A stretch of 64,000 bases of DNA from Candidatus Oxydemutatoraceae bacterium (GCA_965219575.1 OZ244779.1:32001-96000); one strand, 5' to 3'; positions 21,001-31,464 are shown, counted from the first letter of the stretch. Numbers and translations are program-made. Notes: generated from the sequence alone by a model not told the origin.

Positions 21001-24000
21001 GTTCGCATCCGTTGCCACATAATCTTCCGGCATCTCAAGTATCACACTAGCTTGGGTCGTAGTAGTGATGAACAAGGCTTTACCCGATGTTTGCGCCCAG
21101 CGATAACTCAACGGAACATTAATCTCACTATTCTGAGAAGATGCCGTCAGTGTGATGCGCTCACCCTCGGCAACAGCCTCGGTCGGCACACCGATAACCT
21201 CCACGCTTAAACCTTGTAATAAATCTAGCCCTCGATAGGCTAAGAAATCGGATGCAACTTCTTCGTTATAGCCTTGTCCGTCGGTATAATTTACTATCAC
21301 ACGATACTGGATGACATCTCTGGTATACTTTGGCGCGGTATACGCTTCGCTCGTGCCGGCAGGAACATTTATCCATGCGGTTGCGGTGCTTTCTCTGCTT
21401 TGCCATTGATAGCCGATAGTGCCGACACCACCGTCGGGGTCGCCGCTCAAATCTATAGCCGGCGCAGTAAGCACTCTGTCACTTAGACTTGGTGCGCCCA
21501 ATGTCGCAATCTGTCCGTTGTTGCGCTTAGCTATAGTGATTTCTATCTGCCGCGTAATGATGCCCACATAACTACTCGCTTCCAATGTCAACTCTGCATT
21601 AGCGGTGTTCGCATCCGGTGCCACATAATCTTCCGGCACCTCCAGTATCACACTAGCCTGGGTCATAATAGTGATGAACAAGGCTTTACCCGATGTTTGC
21701 GTCCAGCGATAACTCAACGGAACATTAATCTCACTGCCTTGAGAAGATGCCGTCAATGTAATGCGCTCACCTTCGGCAACAGCCTCGGTCGGCACACCGA
21801 TAACCTCCACGCTTAAACCTTGTAATAAATCCAGTCCCTGATAGGCTGAGAAATCGGATGCAACTTCTTCGTTATAGCCTTGCCCGTCGGTATAACTTAC
21901 TATCACACGATACTGGACGATACCTCTGGTATACTTCGGCGCGGTATATATTTCGCTCGTGCCGTCAACTACATTCACCCATGCGGTTCCGGTACTCTCT
22001 CTGCTCTGCCACTGATAGTCGATGCTGCCAATGCCGCCGTCGGGGTCGCCATTCAAATCTATAGTCGGAGCTTCAAGCTCTCTCTCGTTTAGACTCGGTG
22101 CGCCCAATGCCGAAATCCGACCGTTGTTGCGCTTGGCTATGGTTACTATGGTTATCACGACTTGTTGCGCAGTACTACCTACATCGCTAATCACATCCAA
22201 TGCAATTGTTAGATTAACACTGTTTGCATCAGCAGGCACATAATCTTTCGGCACCGCAAGCGTCACACTGCTTCGGGTTGTAGGTTCTATCAGCAAGTCT
22301 CCGTCGGATATTTGTGTCCAGCGATAACTCAACGAGGCACTGCTTTGAGAAGATGCCGTTAGTGTAATGCGTTCACCTTCACCGATAGCACCCGAAGGCA
22401 CACCAACGATTTCCACCTGCGGCATTTGTCTTATACCCGGTTGCTCTTCGGGTTGCTCGGGGATTACTGTATTATCTCTATATTTAAGTACCGGATATTG
22501 CTCAAATGTACCGAAATCCCATACCTCCGAGTCCCAACCATAATAGATCTCGGTTTGAGTGCTTCCCGGAGCTATCGGGGATTGCAGTTGTATGGTCGTT
22601 AAACCCAACCCAAAACCACCGCCGGAAATCCCGCTAACATCTATATCCCAATAACTATTGAAAACACCGCTATTGTTGGGACTGTTAAATCCTAGTATTC
22701 CTCCAACATCGGTAGAACTACCTCTACTAATTCTAGGAACCGTATAGCTATTAGTAATCGTTGCTCCGCCAAAGTTACAACCCACTATGCCACCGATATA
22801 GCTACCGCCTGAAACGCTCACATTCGTATAACTGTTAGTAATCGTGCCGTAGTTGTCGCCGACCAAGCCGCCGACACTATCCCCTCCCATTACTCTACCT
22901 GTGGCATAACTGTTACTAATCACACCTCTACTATTGTGACCGACCAAGCTACCGTTACCCCAGTTCCCCCTAACACTCACATTGATTAAACCGACACCTT
23001 CAATCCGTGCCGGCTCTGCTATTCTTCCGAACAAACCCATTTCACCGCTAGAAGGTCTGTTTATCATCAGATTAGAGATTCTGTATCTGTTAGCCTTAAA
23101 TATCGCAGTAAACGGATTATCCCATGCCCCAATCGGTTGCCAGCCCGATCCCGTCGTCCAAATGACTTTATTAGTCGTTGAACTATAGCTGTCAAAGTCG
23201 TTGAAGTCTAAATTGTTGGCTAGTTCGTACCCTTTACAACCGGTAGCAGGGCAACCTGCAGTAATTTTTGTCTGTAATGTACTCTGTCTATAACCCGTAC
23301 CATCCAACTGATAGCGGATTGCGTTCAATCCCTCCAGATTGCATAGCTCTATCAGACCGTCGTCGTCTTGATCTATATCCATTGCCTCACAGGATGTCGG
23401 GTTTGCTATGCTTATAACCGGTTGAGAGAAATCCTCTCTCTCATAAACCATGGCTTGTGATATAACTTCCTCGCTGTAGCCTTGCCCGTCGGTGTAACTC
23501 ATGATTACGCGATATTGGACAGTGCCGAAAACATTCTCCGGAATGGTATACGCCTCATTTTTGCCGGCGGGCACATTCACCCATGCGGTTCGGCTGCCCT
23601 CTCTGCTTTGCCATTGATAGCCGATAGTGCTACCGCCGCCGTCGGGGTCGTCGCTCAAATCTATAGCCGGGGCAGTAAGTTCTCTTTCGTTCAGACTCGG
23701 TGCGCCCAATGCGGCAATCTTGCCGTTGTTGCGCTTAGCGATGGTGATTACTACCTGTTGTGTAGTACTGCCTACATTGCTAATTACATTCAGCATAATT
23801 GCTAGATTGACGGCACTTGCATCATTAGGCATATAATCTTCCGGCACTTCAATCGTCACACTGCTTAATGTTGTAGGCTCTATCAGCAAGTCTCCGCCTG
23901 ATGTTTGCGACCAGCGGTAACTCAACGGAATGTTGCTTGCATTGCTTGGGGAAGATGCCGTTAGTGTAATGCTATCACCTTCGTCAATAGCACCCGCTGG

Positions 24001-27000
24001 CACACCGGCTATCTGCACTTGTAGCATTTGCGGCACATTCTCAAGCGGTTCTCTACCTTGATTAGGTATCACAGTGCCGTCGCTATATTTAAGCGCAGGG
24101 TATTGTTCGGATGTGCCGAAATCCCACACATCGGTACTCCAGCTTCTGTATATCCCGGTTGCCGTTATAGGTGATTGTAGTTGTGCCGTGGTCTTGCCTG
24201 CGCCGCCACGACCGGCACTCGTCTCACTGCCACTAGTCTCTGTATCCCAATAGCTGTCTGTAACACTACCCCCGTCTCTACCACGACCAACTAAACCTCC
24301 CACATTGTCATTCCCCATAACAAAACCTGTCGCATAGCTGTTCGTGATATCACCATCATTCAAACCAACTAATCCACCTATGGCAAAATAAGAAAAAGCT
24401 CCTGTAACAGAACCCGTCGCATAGCTGTTCATAACACTACCGTATAAACGACCGACTAAACCGCCTACCTCGGCAAACGAAGAAGTCGCCGTAGCAGAAC
24501 CCGTCGCATAGCTACTCGTGATAGCACCATTACTTAAACCAACTAAACCTCCCACATAATCAGCCCCCTTAACGGAACCTTTTGCATAGCTGTTCGTGAT
24601 AATGCTATCACCACGGCCTACTAAACCTCCCACATAAAGATCTCCGGTTACATTTATATTAAGTAGACCAATATTATTGATTTTAGACCGGCGTCCGGTA
24701 TAACCGAACAACCCTATATTAGCGGAGGAGGCTCTGTTAATTATAAGGTTGGCAATGGTATGGCCGCTGCCATCAAAAGTTGCCCCGAAAGCATTAGAAG
24801 AGGAATTTCCGATCGGCGGCCAGCCTGCACCTGTAGTCCATCTGCGTTTGTTTGCCGATGCATTACGATAGCTTGCATCGTCGTTGAAATCCAAATCTCT
24901 GGTTAGCTCATAGCCTTTGCAACCGGTGGCAGGACAACCTAAGGTAATCTTTGTTGCCCCTCCGCTTGCTTTATAGCCCGTGCCGTCCATCTGATAACGC
25001 ATTGCGTTCAATCCTTCCAAGTCGCATATCTCTATCAGACCGTCGTCATCTTGATCTATGTCCGTTGTGCTACAAGATACCAGAACAACTATGCTGACGG
25101 GAATATCTATGCTCTCGTAGACTACGGCTTGTGAGATGATCTCTTCGCTGTAGCCTTGCCCGTCGGTGTAACTCATGACCACACGATACTGGACAGTACC
25201 GAAAACATTCTCCGGAATGGTATACGCCTCGCTCGTGCCGGCAGGCACATTTATCCATGCGGTTGCGGTACTCTCTCTGCTTTGCCATTGATAGCCGATA
25301 GTGCTAACGCCGCCGTCGGGGTCGCCACTCAAATCTATAGCCGGGGCGGTAAGCACCCTCTCGTTCAGACTCGGTGCGCCCAATGCCGCAACCTTGCCAT
25401 TGTTGCGCTTGGCTATGGTGATGACTACTTGTTGTGCAGTACTGCCTACATCGCTAATCACATCCAGCATGATTGCTAGATTAACGGTGTTTGCATCAGC
25501 AGACACATAATCTTCCGGCACCTCAATCGTCACACTGCTTCGGGTTGTAGGCTCTATCAGCAAGTCTCCGTCCGATATTTGTGTCCAGCGATAACGCAAT
25601 GGAATGTTACTCGTATTGTCTGAAGAAGATGCGGTTAGTGTAATGCTATCACCTTCGTTAATAGCACCCGCTGGCACACCAGCAATCTCTACTTGCGACA
25701 TTTGTAGCACATCCTCAGGCTGCACTCTACCTTGATTAGGCATAAATGTGCCGTCGCTATATTTGAGTGCCGGATATTGTTCGGATGTACCGAAATCCCA
25801 TACTTGAGTACTCCAGCTACTATATATCCCGGTTGCCACCGTAAGTGATTGTAGTTCTATCGTAGTCTTACCCTCACCACCGGCACTCGTCATTTGTCCA
25901 CTAGTCCATCTATCCCAATAGCTACTCGTAATGGCATCAGCATCATCATTAAGACCAATTAAACCGCCTATTGAACTAGACCCTGAAACCTCACTCGTCG
26001 CATAGCTGTTCGTGATACTACCACCATAACTATTGCCGACTAAACCGCCTACAGCAGACATTCCTTCAATGGAACCCATTGCATAACTGTCGATGATGCG
26101 ACCATGATTGGAACCGACTAATCCGCCTGCTCCTAGTGCTCCTCCTCTAATCAAAACCACCGCATAGCTATTCGCAATGCTACCATTACTATTCAAACCA
26201 ACCAATCCACCTGTCCTGCCATAATTCCCTCTCACAAAACCCGTCACATAGCTGTTGCTAATCACACCTTGATTATTAAATCCAACTAAACCACCAACTG
26301 CCCAATTCGCACGAACATTCACATTGATTAAACCAACACCATTAATCCTTGCCTGACTTCCTACCCTACCGAAAAGACCAACTTCATTGGTTGTTAAAAA
26401 TCTATCTATATTCAGATTAGAAATAGTATGACTGTTGCCTTCAAAAATCGCATTGAAGGGCGTAGTATTCGTACTGACGGATGACTGATATTGCCTATAC
26501 TCGGCATGTCCTAGCGGTGACCAGCCGTCGCCCGTAGTCCAGACAACCTTGTTAGATGTTGAACTATAGCTGTTAACATCATTAAAGTCTAAATCTCTAG
26601 TGAGCTCATAACCTATGCAACCACCATTGGGACGACAACCCATAGTAATCACCGGCGCAGACTCATTTGCTTTATAGCCCGTGCCGTCTAAGCGATAGCG
26701 GATTGCGTTCAATCCCTCCAAGTCGCATATCTCTATCAGACCGTCGTCGTCTTGGTCTATATCGGTTGTTCCACAGGATGTTAGGCTTGCTATTTCTATA
26801 AGAGAATATCTGCTTTCATAGACTACGGCTTGCGATATAACTTCTTCGCTATAGCCTTGCCCGTCGGTATAACTCACGACCACACGATACTGGACGACAC
26901 CGCCGGTATACTTCGGCGCGGTATACGCCTCGCTCGTGCCGTCAACTACATTCGCCCATGCGGCTTCAGTGCTTTCTCTGCTTTGCCATTGATAGCCGAT

Positions 27001-30000
27001 AGTGCTAACGCCGCCGTCGGGGTCGCCACTCAAATCTATAGCCGGGGCGGTAAGCACCCTCTCGTTCAGACTCGGTGCGCCCAATGCCGCAATCTGCCCG
27101 TTGTTGCGTTTGGCTATGGTCATTACTACTTGTTGTGTGGTGATGCCTACATCACTAACCGCTTTCAATATTAACGTTATATCACTACTGTTTGCATTTG
27201 CCTCAACATAATCTTCCGGCACTTCAAGCCATATCATGCTCAAGGTCGTAGAATCTGTCCGTAAAACTTTGCCCGAGGTTTGCTCCCAGCGATAATGCAG
27301 TGGAATATCATTGCTCATACTGTAATCAGAAAATGCCTCAAGCATAATCTGATTCCCCTCGGCAACAGCATCCGTCGGCACACCGGTTATCTCCACGCCC
27401 AGCTTCTGTGATAAATCCGGTCGCCCTCTAGGCTGATTGGACATCACCGTGCCGTCGCTATATTTAAGTGTCGGATACTGACTGTTGGTGCCGAAATCCC
27501 ACACATCGGTACTCCAGCTACTATATATCCCGGTTGCCACCGTAAGTGATTGTAGTTCTATCGTAGTCTTACCCTCACCACCGGCACTCGTCATTTGTCC
27601 ACTAGTCCATCTATCCCAATAGCTACTCGTAATGGCATCAGCATCATCATTAAGACCAATTAAACCGCCTATTGAACTAGACCCTGAAACCTCACTCGTC
27701 GCATAGCTGTTCGTGATACTACCACCATAACTATTGCCGACTAAACCGCCTACAGCAGACATTCCTTCAATGGAACCCATTGCATAACTGTCGGTGATGC
27801 GACCATGATTGGAACCGACCAATCCACCTGCTCCTAGTGCTCCTCCTCTAATCAAAACCACCGCATAGCTATTCGCAATGCTACCATTACTATTCAAACC
27901 AACCAATCCACCTGTCCTGCCATAATTCCCTCTCACAGAACCCGTCACATAGCTGTTGCTAATCACACCTTGATTATTAAATCCAACTAAACCACCAACT
28001 GCCCAATTCGCACGAACATTCACATTGATTAAACCAACACCATTAATCCTTGCCTGACTTCCTACCCTACCGAACAGACCAACTTCATTGGTTGTTAAAA
28101 ATCTATCTATATTCAGATTAGAAATAGTATGACTGTTGCCTTCAAAAATCGCATTGAAGGGCGTAGTATTCGTACTGACGGATGACTGATATTGCCTATA
28201 CTCGGCATGTCCTAGCGGTGACCAGCCTGCGCCCGTAGTCCAGACAACCTTGTTAGATGTTGAACTATAGCTGTCGTCGTCGTTGAAATCTAAATCTCGG
28301 GTTAGCTCATAACCCGTGCAACCACCATTAAGGCGACAACCTATGGTAATCACTGGCGCAGACTCATGTGCTTTATAGCCCGTGCCGTCCATCTGATTGC
28401 GGATTGCGTTCAGTCCCTCCAAGTTGCATATCTCTATCAGACCGTCGTCGTCTTGGTCTATATCGGTTGTTCCACAGGATGTTAAGCTTGCTATTTCTAT
28501 GAGAGAATATCTGCTCTCGTAGACTATGGCTTGCGAGATAACTTCTTCGCTGTAGCCTTGCCTGTCGGTATAACTCACGACCACGCGATATTGGACAGTA
28601 CCGAAAACATTTCCCGGAATAGTATACGACTCGCTCGTGCCGGCAGGCACATTGACCCATGCGGTTCGGGTAGTTTGGCTGTTCTCTCTACTTTGCCATT
28701 GATAGCCGATAGTGCTAACGCTGCCGTCGGGGTCGCCATTCAAATCTATAGCCGGGGCGGTAAGCACCCTCTCGTTCAGACTCGGCTCACCCAATGCGGT
28801 AATCTGACCGTTGTTGCGCTTGGCTATGGTGATTTCTATCTGCCGTGTAATGTTACCCTCATCACTCATTGCTATCAGCATGACTGCTAAATTGATGGTG
28901 TTTGCATCGGCAGACACATAATCTTCCGGCACCTCAATCGTCACACTGCTTAAAGTTGTAGGTTCTATCAGCAAAGTTCCGCCTGAGGTTTGCGACCAGC
29001 TATAATTCAATGAGATGTCGCTCGCATTGTCTGGAGAAGATGCCGTTAATGTGATTCTATCACCTTCGGCAACAGCACCTGTCGGCACGCCGGCGATCTC
29101 TATTTGTGGCATTTGCGGTATATATAGCGACTCTCTAGGTTGATTGGGCATTACCGTGCCGTCGCTATATCTAAGTGCAGGATATTGCGCGGATGTACCA
29201 AAATCCCATACTTCGGTACTCCAACTTCTATATATCCCAGTTGCCGTCGTGGGTTCTTGTAGTGCTAGTGTTGTTTTACCTCCGCCACCGGCACTCGTCT
29301 CTCGCCCGCTAGTCTGCTTATCCCAGTAGCTGTTCGTGTAAGTGCCTGTACGACGCCAAGGTTTCGTACCAACTAGGCCGCCTATTCTTCTATGCCCTGA
29401 AACAGAACCTGTCGCATAGCTGCTCGTGATAGTACCTCCATAATTATAGCCGACTAAACCGCCTATATCAGAATACCCTTTGGCAGAACCTGTCGCATAG
29501 GTGTTTGTGATGAAACCAGCATCATTGGAACCGACTAAACCGCCTGCTTGATGTCTTCCTGTGACAAAACCCGTCGCATAGCTGCTCGTGATAGTACCTT
29601 CATAATTATAGCCGACTAAACCGCCTATATTATAACGCTGTCCCTTGACAGAACCTGTCGCATAGCTGCTCGTGATAGTACCTTCATGATTATAGCCGAC
29701 TAAACCGCCTATATAATGACCCCCCTCAACAGAACCCGTCGCATAGCTGCTCGTGATAGTACCTTCATAATTATAGCCAACCAAACCGCCCACATCAACA
29801 GCTCCAACCACATCTACATTAAATAAACCAATGTTTCTAATTTTAGATTGCTTCACTACATAACCGAATAAACCAATGTCCATCCACTTCACATTAGTGA
29901 ACCAAGCTCCACGAGTGCGGAGAGAAGTGGGGAGAGATCTGTTAATCATGAGGTTAGAAATGGTATGACCATTGCCGTCAAAGGTTGCCATAAAAGGCCT

Positions 30001-30429
30001 GTTTCTGTTATGGGGGTAGTAGTAACCTAAATTATACCCAATCGGCTCCCAGCCTGCGCCCGTAGTCCAGACAACCTTGTTTGCCGTTGTGTTGTAGCTG
30101 TTGTCGTCGTTGAAATCTAAATCTCGGGTTAGCTCATAACCCGTGCATCCACCATCAAGGCGACAACCCACAGTAATCACCGGCGCAAACTCGCCTGCTT
30201 TATAACCTGTGCCGTCCAACTGATAGCGGATTGCGTTCAGTCCTTCCAAGTCGCATATTTCTATCAGACCGTCGTCGTCTCGGTCTATGTCGGTCAAAGT
30301 GCAGGGTGCCGTTTGTGCCAGAGCAGATTGTGAACCCATAGCAATAGCTGAGGCTACAACCAGTATACAGGAGGCTTGCAGAAATCTGCTTTTGCTTTTA
30401 ACTTTGAAATCAGGAAATGCCGTTTCCAT
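18013..30429 (-). CDS. giant secreted repeat protein (4138 aa): six DxDxDDDGLIE/GLUG beta-solenoid modules, PKD/Ig-like and cadherin-like domains, KVFLEG tail; putative adhesin
   Basis: Signal peptide ending SALA|Q; repeated D(I/V)D(Q/R)DDDGLIE(I/L)C..GYEL..DLDF, GGLVG..I..SYATG.V.G, YxWxQTSG and YQWQ...YTDGQGY.E.V motifs; ends IRIRAKVFLEGFLQ. Confidence 0.85.
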   Translation of the reverse strand: METAFPDFKVKSKSRFLQASCILVVASAIAMGSQSALAQTAPCTLTDIDRDDDGLIEICDLEGLNAIRYQLDGTGYKAGEFAPVITVGCRLDGGCTGYELTRDLDFNDDNSYNTTANKVVWTTGAGWEPIGYNLGYYYPHNRNRPFMATFDGNGHTISNLMINRSLPTSLRTRGAWFTNVKWMDIGLFGYVVKQSKIRNIGLFNVDVVGAVDVGGLVGYNYEGTITSSYATGSVEGGHYIGGLVGYNHEGTITSSYATGSVKGQRYNIGGLVGYNYEGTITSSYATGFVTGRHQAGGLVGSNDAGFITNTYATGSAKGYSDIGGLVGYNYGGTITSSYATGSVSGHRRIGGLVGTKPWRRTGTYTNSYWDKQTSGRETSAGGGGKTTLALQEPTTATGIYRSWSTEVWDFGTSAQYPALRYSDGTVMPNQPRESLYIPQMPQIEIAGVPTGAVAEGDRITLTASSPDNASDISLNYSWSQTSGGTLLIEPTTLSSVTIEVPEDYVSADANTINLAVMLIAMSDEGNITRQIEITIAKRNNGQITALGEPSLNERVLTAPAIDLNGDPDGSVSTIGYQWQSRENSQTTRTAWVNVPAGTSESYTIPGNVFGTVQYRVVVSYTDRQGYSEEVISQAIVYESRYSLIEIASLTSCGTTDIDQDDDGLIEICNLEGLNAIRNQMDGTGYKAHESAPVITIGCRLNGGCTGYELTRDLDFNDDDSYSSTSNKVVWTTGAGWSPLGHAEYRQYQSSVSTNTTPFNAIFEGNSHTISNLNIDRFLTTNEVGLFGRVGSQARINGVGLINVNVRANWAVGGLVGFNNQGVISNSYVTGSVRGNYGRTGGLVGLNSNGSIANSYAVVLIRGGALGAGGLVGSNHGRITDSYAMGSIEGMSAVGGLVGNSYGGSITNSYATSEVSGSSSIGGLIGLNDDADAITSSYWDRWTSGQMTSAGGEGKTTIELQSLTVATGIYSSWSTDVWDFGTNSQYPTLKYSDGTVMSNQPRGRPDLSQKLGVEITGVPTDAVAEGNQIMLEAFSDYSMSNDIPLHYRWEQTSGKVLRTDSTTLSMIWLEVPEDYVEANANSSDITLILKAVSDVGITTQQVVMTIAKRNNGQIAALGAPSLNERVLTAPAIDLSGDPDGGVSTIGYQWQSRESTEAAWANVVDGTSEAYTAPKYTGGVVQYRVVVSYTDGQGYSEEVISQAVVYESRYSLIEIASLTSCGTTDIDQDDDGLIEICDLEGLNAIRYRLDGTGYKANESAPVITMGCRPNGGCIGYELTRDLDFNDVNSYSSTSNKVVWTTGDGWSPLGHAEYRQYQSSVSTNTTPFNAIFEGNSHTISNLNIDRFLTTNEVGLFGRVGSQARINGVGLINVNVRANWAVGGLVGFNNQGVISNSYVTGFVRGNYGRTGGLVGLNSNGSIANSYAVVLIRGGALGAGGLVGSNHGRIIDSYAMGSIEGMSAVGGLVGNSYGGSITNSYATSEVSGSSSIGGLIGLNDDADAITSSYWDRWTSGQMTSAGGEGKTTIELQSLTVATGIYSSWSTQVWDFGTSEQYPALKYSDGTFMPNQGRVQPEDVLQMSQVEIAGVPAGAINEGDSITLTASSSDNTSNIPLRYRWTQISDGDLLIEPTTRSSVTIEVPEDYVSADANTVNLAIMLDVISDVGSTAQQVVITIAKRNNGKVAALGAPSLNERVLTAPAIDLSGDPDGGVSTIGYQWQSRESTATAWINVPAGTSEAYTIPENVFGTVQYRVVMSYTDGQGYSEEIISQAVVYESIDIPVSIVVLVSCSTTDIDQDDDGLIEICDLEGLNAMRYQMDGTGYKASGGATKITLGCPATGCKGYELTRDLDFNDDASYRNASANKRRWTTGAGWPPIGNSSSNAFGATFDGSGHTIANLIINRASSANIGLFGYTGRRSKINNIGLLNINVTGDLYVGGLVGRGDSIITNSYAKGSVKGADYVGGLVGLSNGAITSSYATGSATATSSFAEVGGLVGRLYGSVMNSYATGSVTGAFSYFAIGGLVGLNDGDITNSYATGFVMGNDNVGGLVGRGRDGGSVTDSYWDTETSGSETSAGRGGAGKTTAQLQSPITATGIYRSWSTDVWDFGTSEQYPALKYSDGTVIPNQGREPLENVPQMLQVQIAGVPAGAIDEGDSITLTASSPSNASNIPLSYRWSQTSGGDLLIEPTTLSSVTIEVPEDYMPNDASAVNLAIMLNVISNVGSTTQQVVITIAKRNNGKIAALGAPSLNERELTAPAIDLSDDPDGGGSTIGYQWQSREGSRTAWVNVPAGKNEAYTIPENVFGTVQYRVIMSYTDGQGYSEEVISQAMVYEREDFSQPVISIANPTSCEAMDIDQDDDGLIELCNLEGLNAIRYQLDGTGYRQSTLQTKITAGCPATGCKGYELANNLDFNDFDSYSSTTNKVIWTTGSGWQPIGAWDNPFTAIFKANRYRISNLMINRPSSGEMGLFGRIAEPARIEGVGLINVSVRGNWGNGSLVGHNSRGVISNSYATGRVMGGDSVGGLVGDNYGTITNSYTNVSVSGGSYIGGIVGCNFGGATITNSYTVPRISRGSSTDVGGILGFNSPNNSGVFNSYWDIDVSGISGGGFGLGLTTIQLQSPIAPGSTQTEIYYGWDSEVWDFGTFEQYPVLKYRDNTVIPEQPEEQPGIRQMPQVEIVGVPSGAIGEGERITLTASSQSSASLSYRWTQISDGDLLIEPTTRSSVTLAVPKDYVPADANSVNLTIALDVISDVGSTAQQVVITIVTIAKRNNGRISALGAPSLNERELEAPTIDLNGDPDGGIGSIDYQWQSRESTGTAWVNVVDGTSEIYTAPKYTRGIVQYRVIVSYTDGQGYNEEVASDFSAYQGLDLLQGLSVEVIGVPTEAVAEGERITLTASSQGSEINVPLSYRWTQTSGKALFITIMTQASVILEVPEDYVAPDANTANAELTLEASSYVGIITRQIEITIAKRNNGQIATLGAPSLSDRVLTAPAIDLSGDPDGGVGTIGYQWQSRESTATAWINVPAGTSEAYTAPKYTRDVIQYRVIVNYTDGQGYNEEVASDFLAYRGLDLLQGLSVEVIGVPTEAVAEGERITLTASSQNSEINVPLSYRWAQTSGKALFITTTTQASVILEMPEDYVATDANTANAMLTLEASSYVGIITRQIEITIAKRNNGQIAALGAPSLNDRVLTAPAIDLSGDPDGGVGTIGYQWQSRESVGTAWTNVPAGTSEAYTAPKYTGGIVQYRVIVSYTDGQGYSEEIASDFSAYRGKTNTAPSIDVPSDNSSIRLLSGQTTRVSVVISEVDAEDIVTLTIAQIPTMTEIVLVEPPGILLGADLGETRTAEFELTALQPGSLRLRLTATDDSGTLTASAAAVELSIEIEALPLTSCGTTDVDQDDDGLIEICSLEGLNAIRYAPSGSGYRENESAIKSTVGCGEGVCRGYELSNDLDFNNDDHYQDIANKSTWTTGAGWKPLSLITRFEGNDNTISNLMINRELENDIGLFGHASGGGTKINGVGLIDVDIGGRRAVGGLVGRMGGGGIVSNSYVTGDVIGHSQTGGLVGSSLHSSISDSYAIVYVEAIGTANLSSFVGGLVGSLLASRVSGSHAIGSVKGLGRVGGLVGSNIGANGHIINSYAIANVEGSNNSVGGLIGSNNGISGSVVNSYATGKVVGVNVVGGLVGNNERNYTIRDSYSFADVRANFSVGGLAGVHVGRIINSYAVGRVEGNLGERGIGGLVGVKSEDATITASYWDKTTSERAQSAGGEGKTTALLQSPTTTTGIYSSWDLEVWDFGTATQYPALKSGAGTLMPDQRIGLSGLSILTTEEIPYLFNTEVFNYRLMIANEADTIKLLPTATPGVTDIGIMSDNGFSESVLSGNQSSPISLAASGMTMITVQVEFASQASRTYHLTISRAEQSVAVQLVGMNQPFEYVIPRNTVRGSSDGMQGYTVMRMPSWLDHAESESGLMFSGTPEADYLEDSLEEMLEVKINNADGTTQIVCLILQIDSPTTGTTVLEELPDGVLQLNDRLSDDNGIEEKTHVWEHCPVGSDAFNELEGVNGMRYTLPEGPNSAPGTAYRVRTTVVDGLGKRSEHTTQIELQGQVSEESQPPIIDEMSTGSKEQRSIRIRAKVFLEGFLQ

Positions 30430-30505
30430 AGCAGAGGAGGAAAGGGCTAATGCTAACTGTTCTTTTATTAGACAATCTTTGCAACATGCATTCTCTCCTA
30501 ATCAC

Positions 30506-31108
30506 TTAGTTGGGTTGATATACGAAAGGAGAAGCTAGACCCACGGTCTCGGCACATTGAAACTCCTCGTTATGGCTATAATTGATATATTCGGATTGAT
30601 GAACGGTTGCTGCAAAACCGGGGGCAATCGTTAGCGGATGGTTCTCCACCAACACATGTTTGCCTTCGGCTCCTTCTAGCGCATTTACCTTGACTTCACC
30701 GTAATCGCCGATGTTCATGGTTTTTTGCTTGTCGGTATAAGTGATGTCTACTTTTGCCGAATGTACGCCTTTAATCTCTCCGACCAATCCGGCAATAACC
30801 GCAGGGTGACCTCCGACTGTGCCACCCCAAATCCTCTGTAATGCTTCTGCTTGTTTCGCATCGGCTCGCTCGTCTATGTAAAGCGTGACCTGCCAGCCGC
30901 CTTCGGTCATAAGACCCGGAGCATATAGCCAAAGACCTACATTAAGCCCCGATAAATCCACATCATCCATGTAGCCTTTTTCAATCTGCCAACCCACCAT
31001 CGCGTTACAGAATCCTTGGGTGGGGGGTCTTAAAAATATACAGGGACAGACTAAATCACAGTTGCATGATTCAAAGTATTGACCTTCTAGTTTCCAATCG
31101 TTAGCCAT
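30506..31108 (-). CDS. DUF1326 family protein
   Basis: W.LEGQYFESCNCDLVCPC....PT.G.C, VDLSGLNV and YIDERA...Q.EAL motifs; AGGAGG RBS before the ATG at 31108. Confidence 0.88.
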   Translation of the reverse strand: MANDWKLEGQYFESCNCDLVCPCIFLRPPTQGFCNAMVGWQIEKGYMDDVDLSGLNVGLWLYAPGLMTEGGWQVTLYIDERADAKQAEALQRIWGGTVGGHPAVIAGLVGEIKGVHSAKVDITYTDKQKTMNIGDYGEVKVNALEGAEGKHVLVENHPLTIAPGFAATVHQSEYINYSHNEEFQCAETVGLASPFVYQPN

Positions 31109-31239
31109 CGCAAACCTCCTCCTTACTAAATTCGTTAAATTATACTCTTTTAGGAAAAATTTCGCAACCAAAGTCAGAGCAAAAAACCTCCGCAATCCCT
31201 TTATTTATGCTATGATACGCTCTTTGTGGAGAGATCTTA

Positions 31240-31464
31240 ATGTCTAGAATTTGTCAAATAACGGGGAAAAAGCCCTTGAGCGGTAATAATGTGTCTCATG
31301 CGCATAATAAAACGCGGCGGCGTTTTTTGCCCAACCTGCAAACCCATCGCTTTTGGGTGGAGAGTGAAAAGCGATGGATCAGCTTGCGAGTATCGTCTAA
31401 AGGATTGCGCTTGATTGATAAAAAGGGAATAGACGCAGTCCTCGCCGATATCAAAAAACGATAA
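31240..31464 (+). CDS. rpmB: 50S ribosomal protein L28
   Basis: [33 protein letters not shown]. Confidence 0.97.
   Translation: MSRICQITGKKPLSGNNVSHAHNKTRRRFLPNLQTHRFWVESEKRWISLRVSSKGLRLIDKKGIDAVLADIKKR

Noticed and set aside
25810-28520. Near-identical repeats as a DGR template/variable pair
   Set aside because: Both copies are in-frame coding modules, differences are not adenine-specific, and there is no reverse transcriptase in the window.
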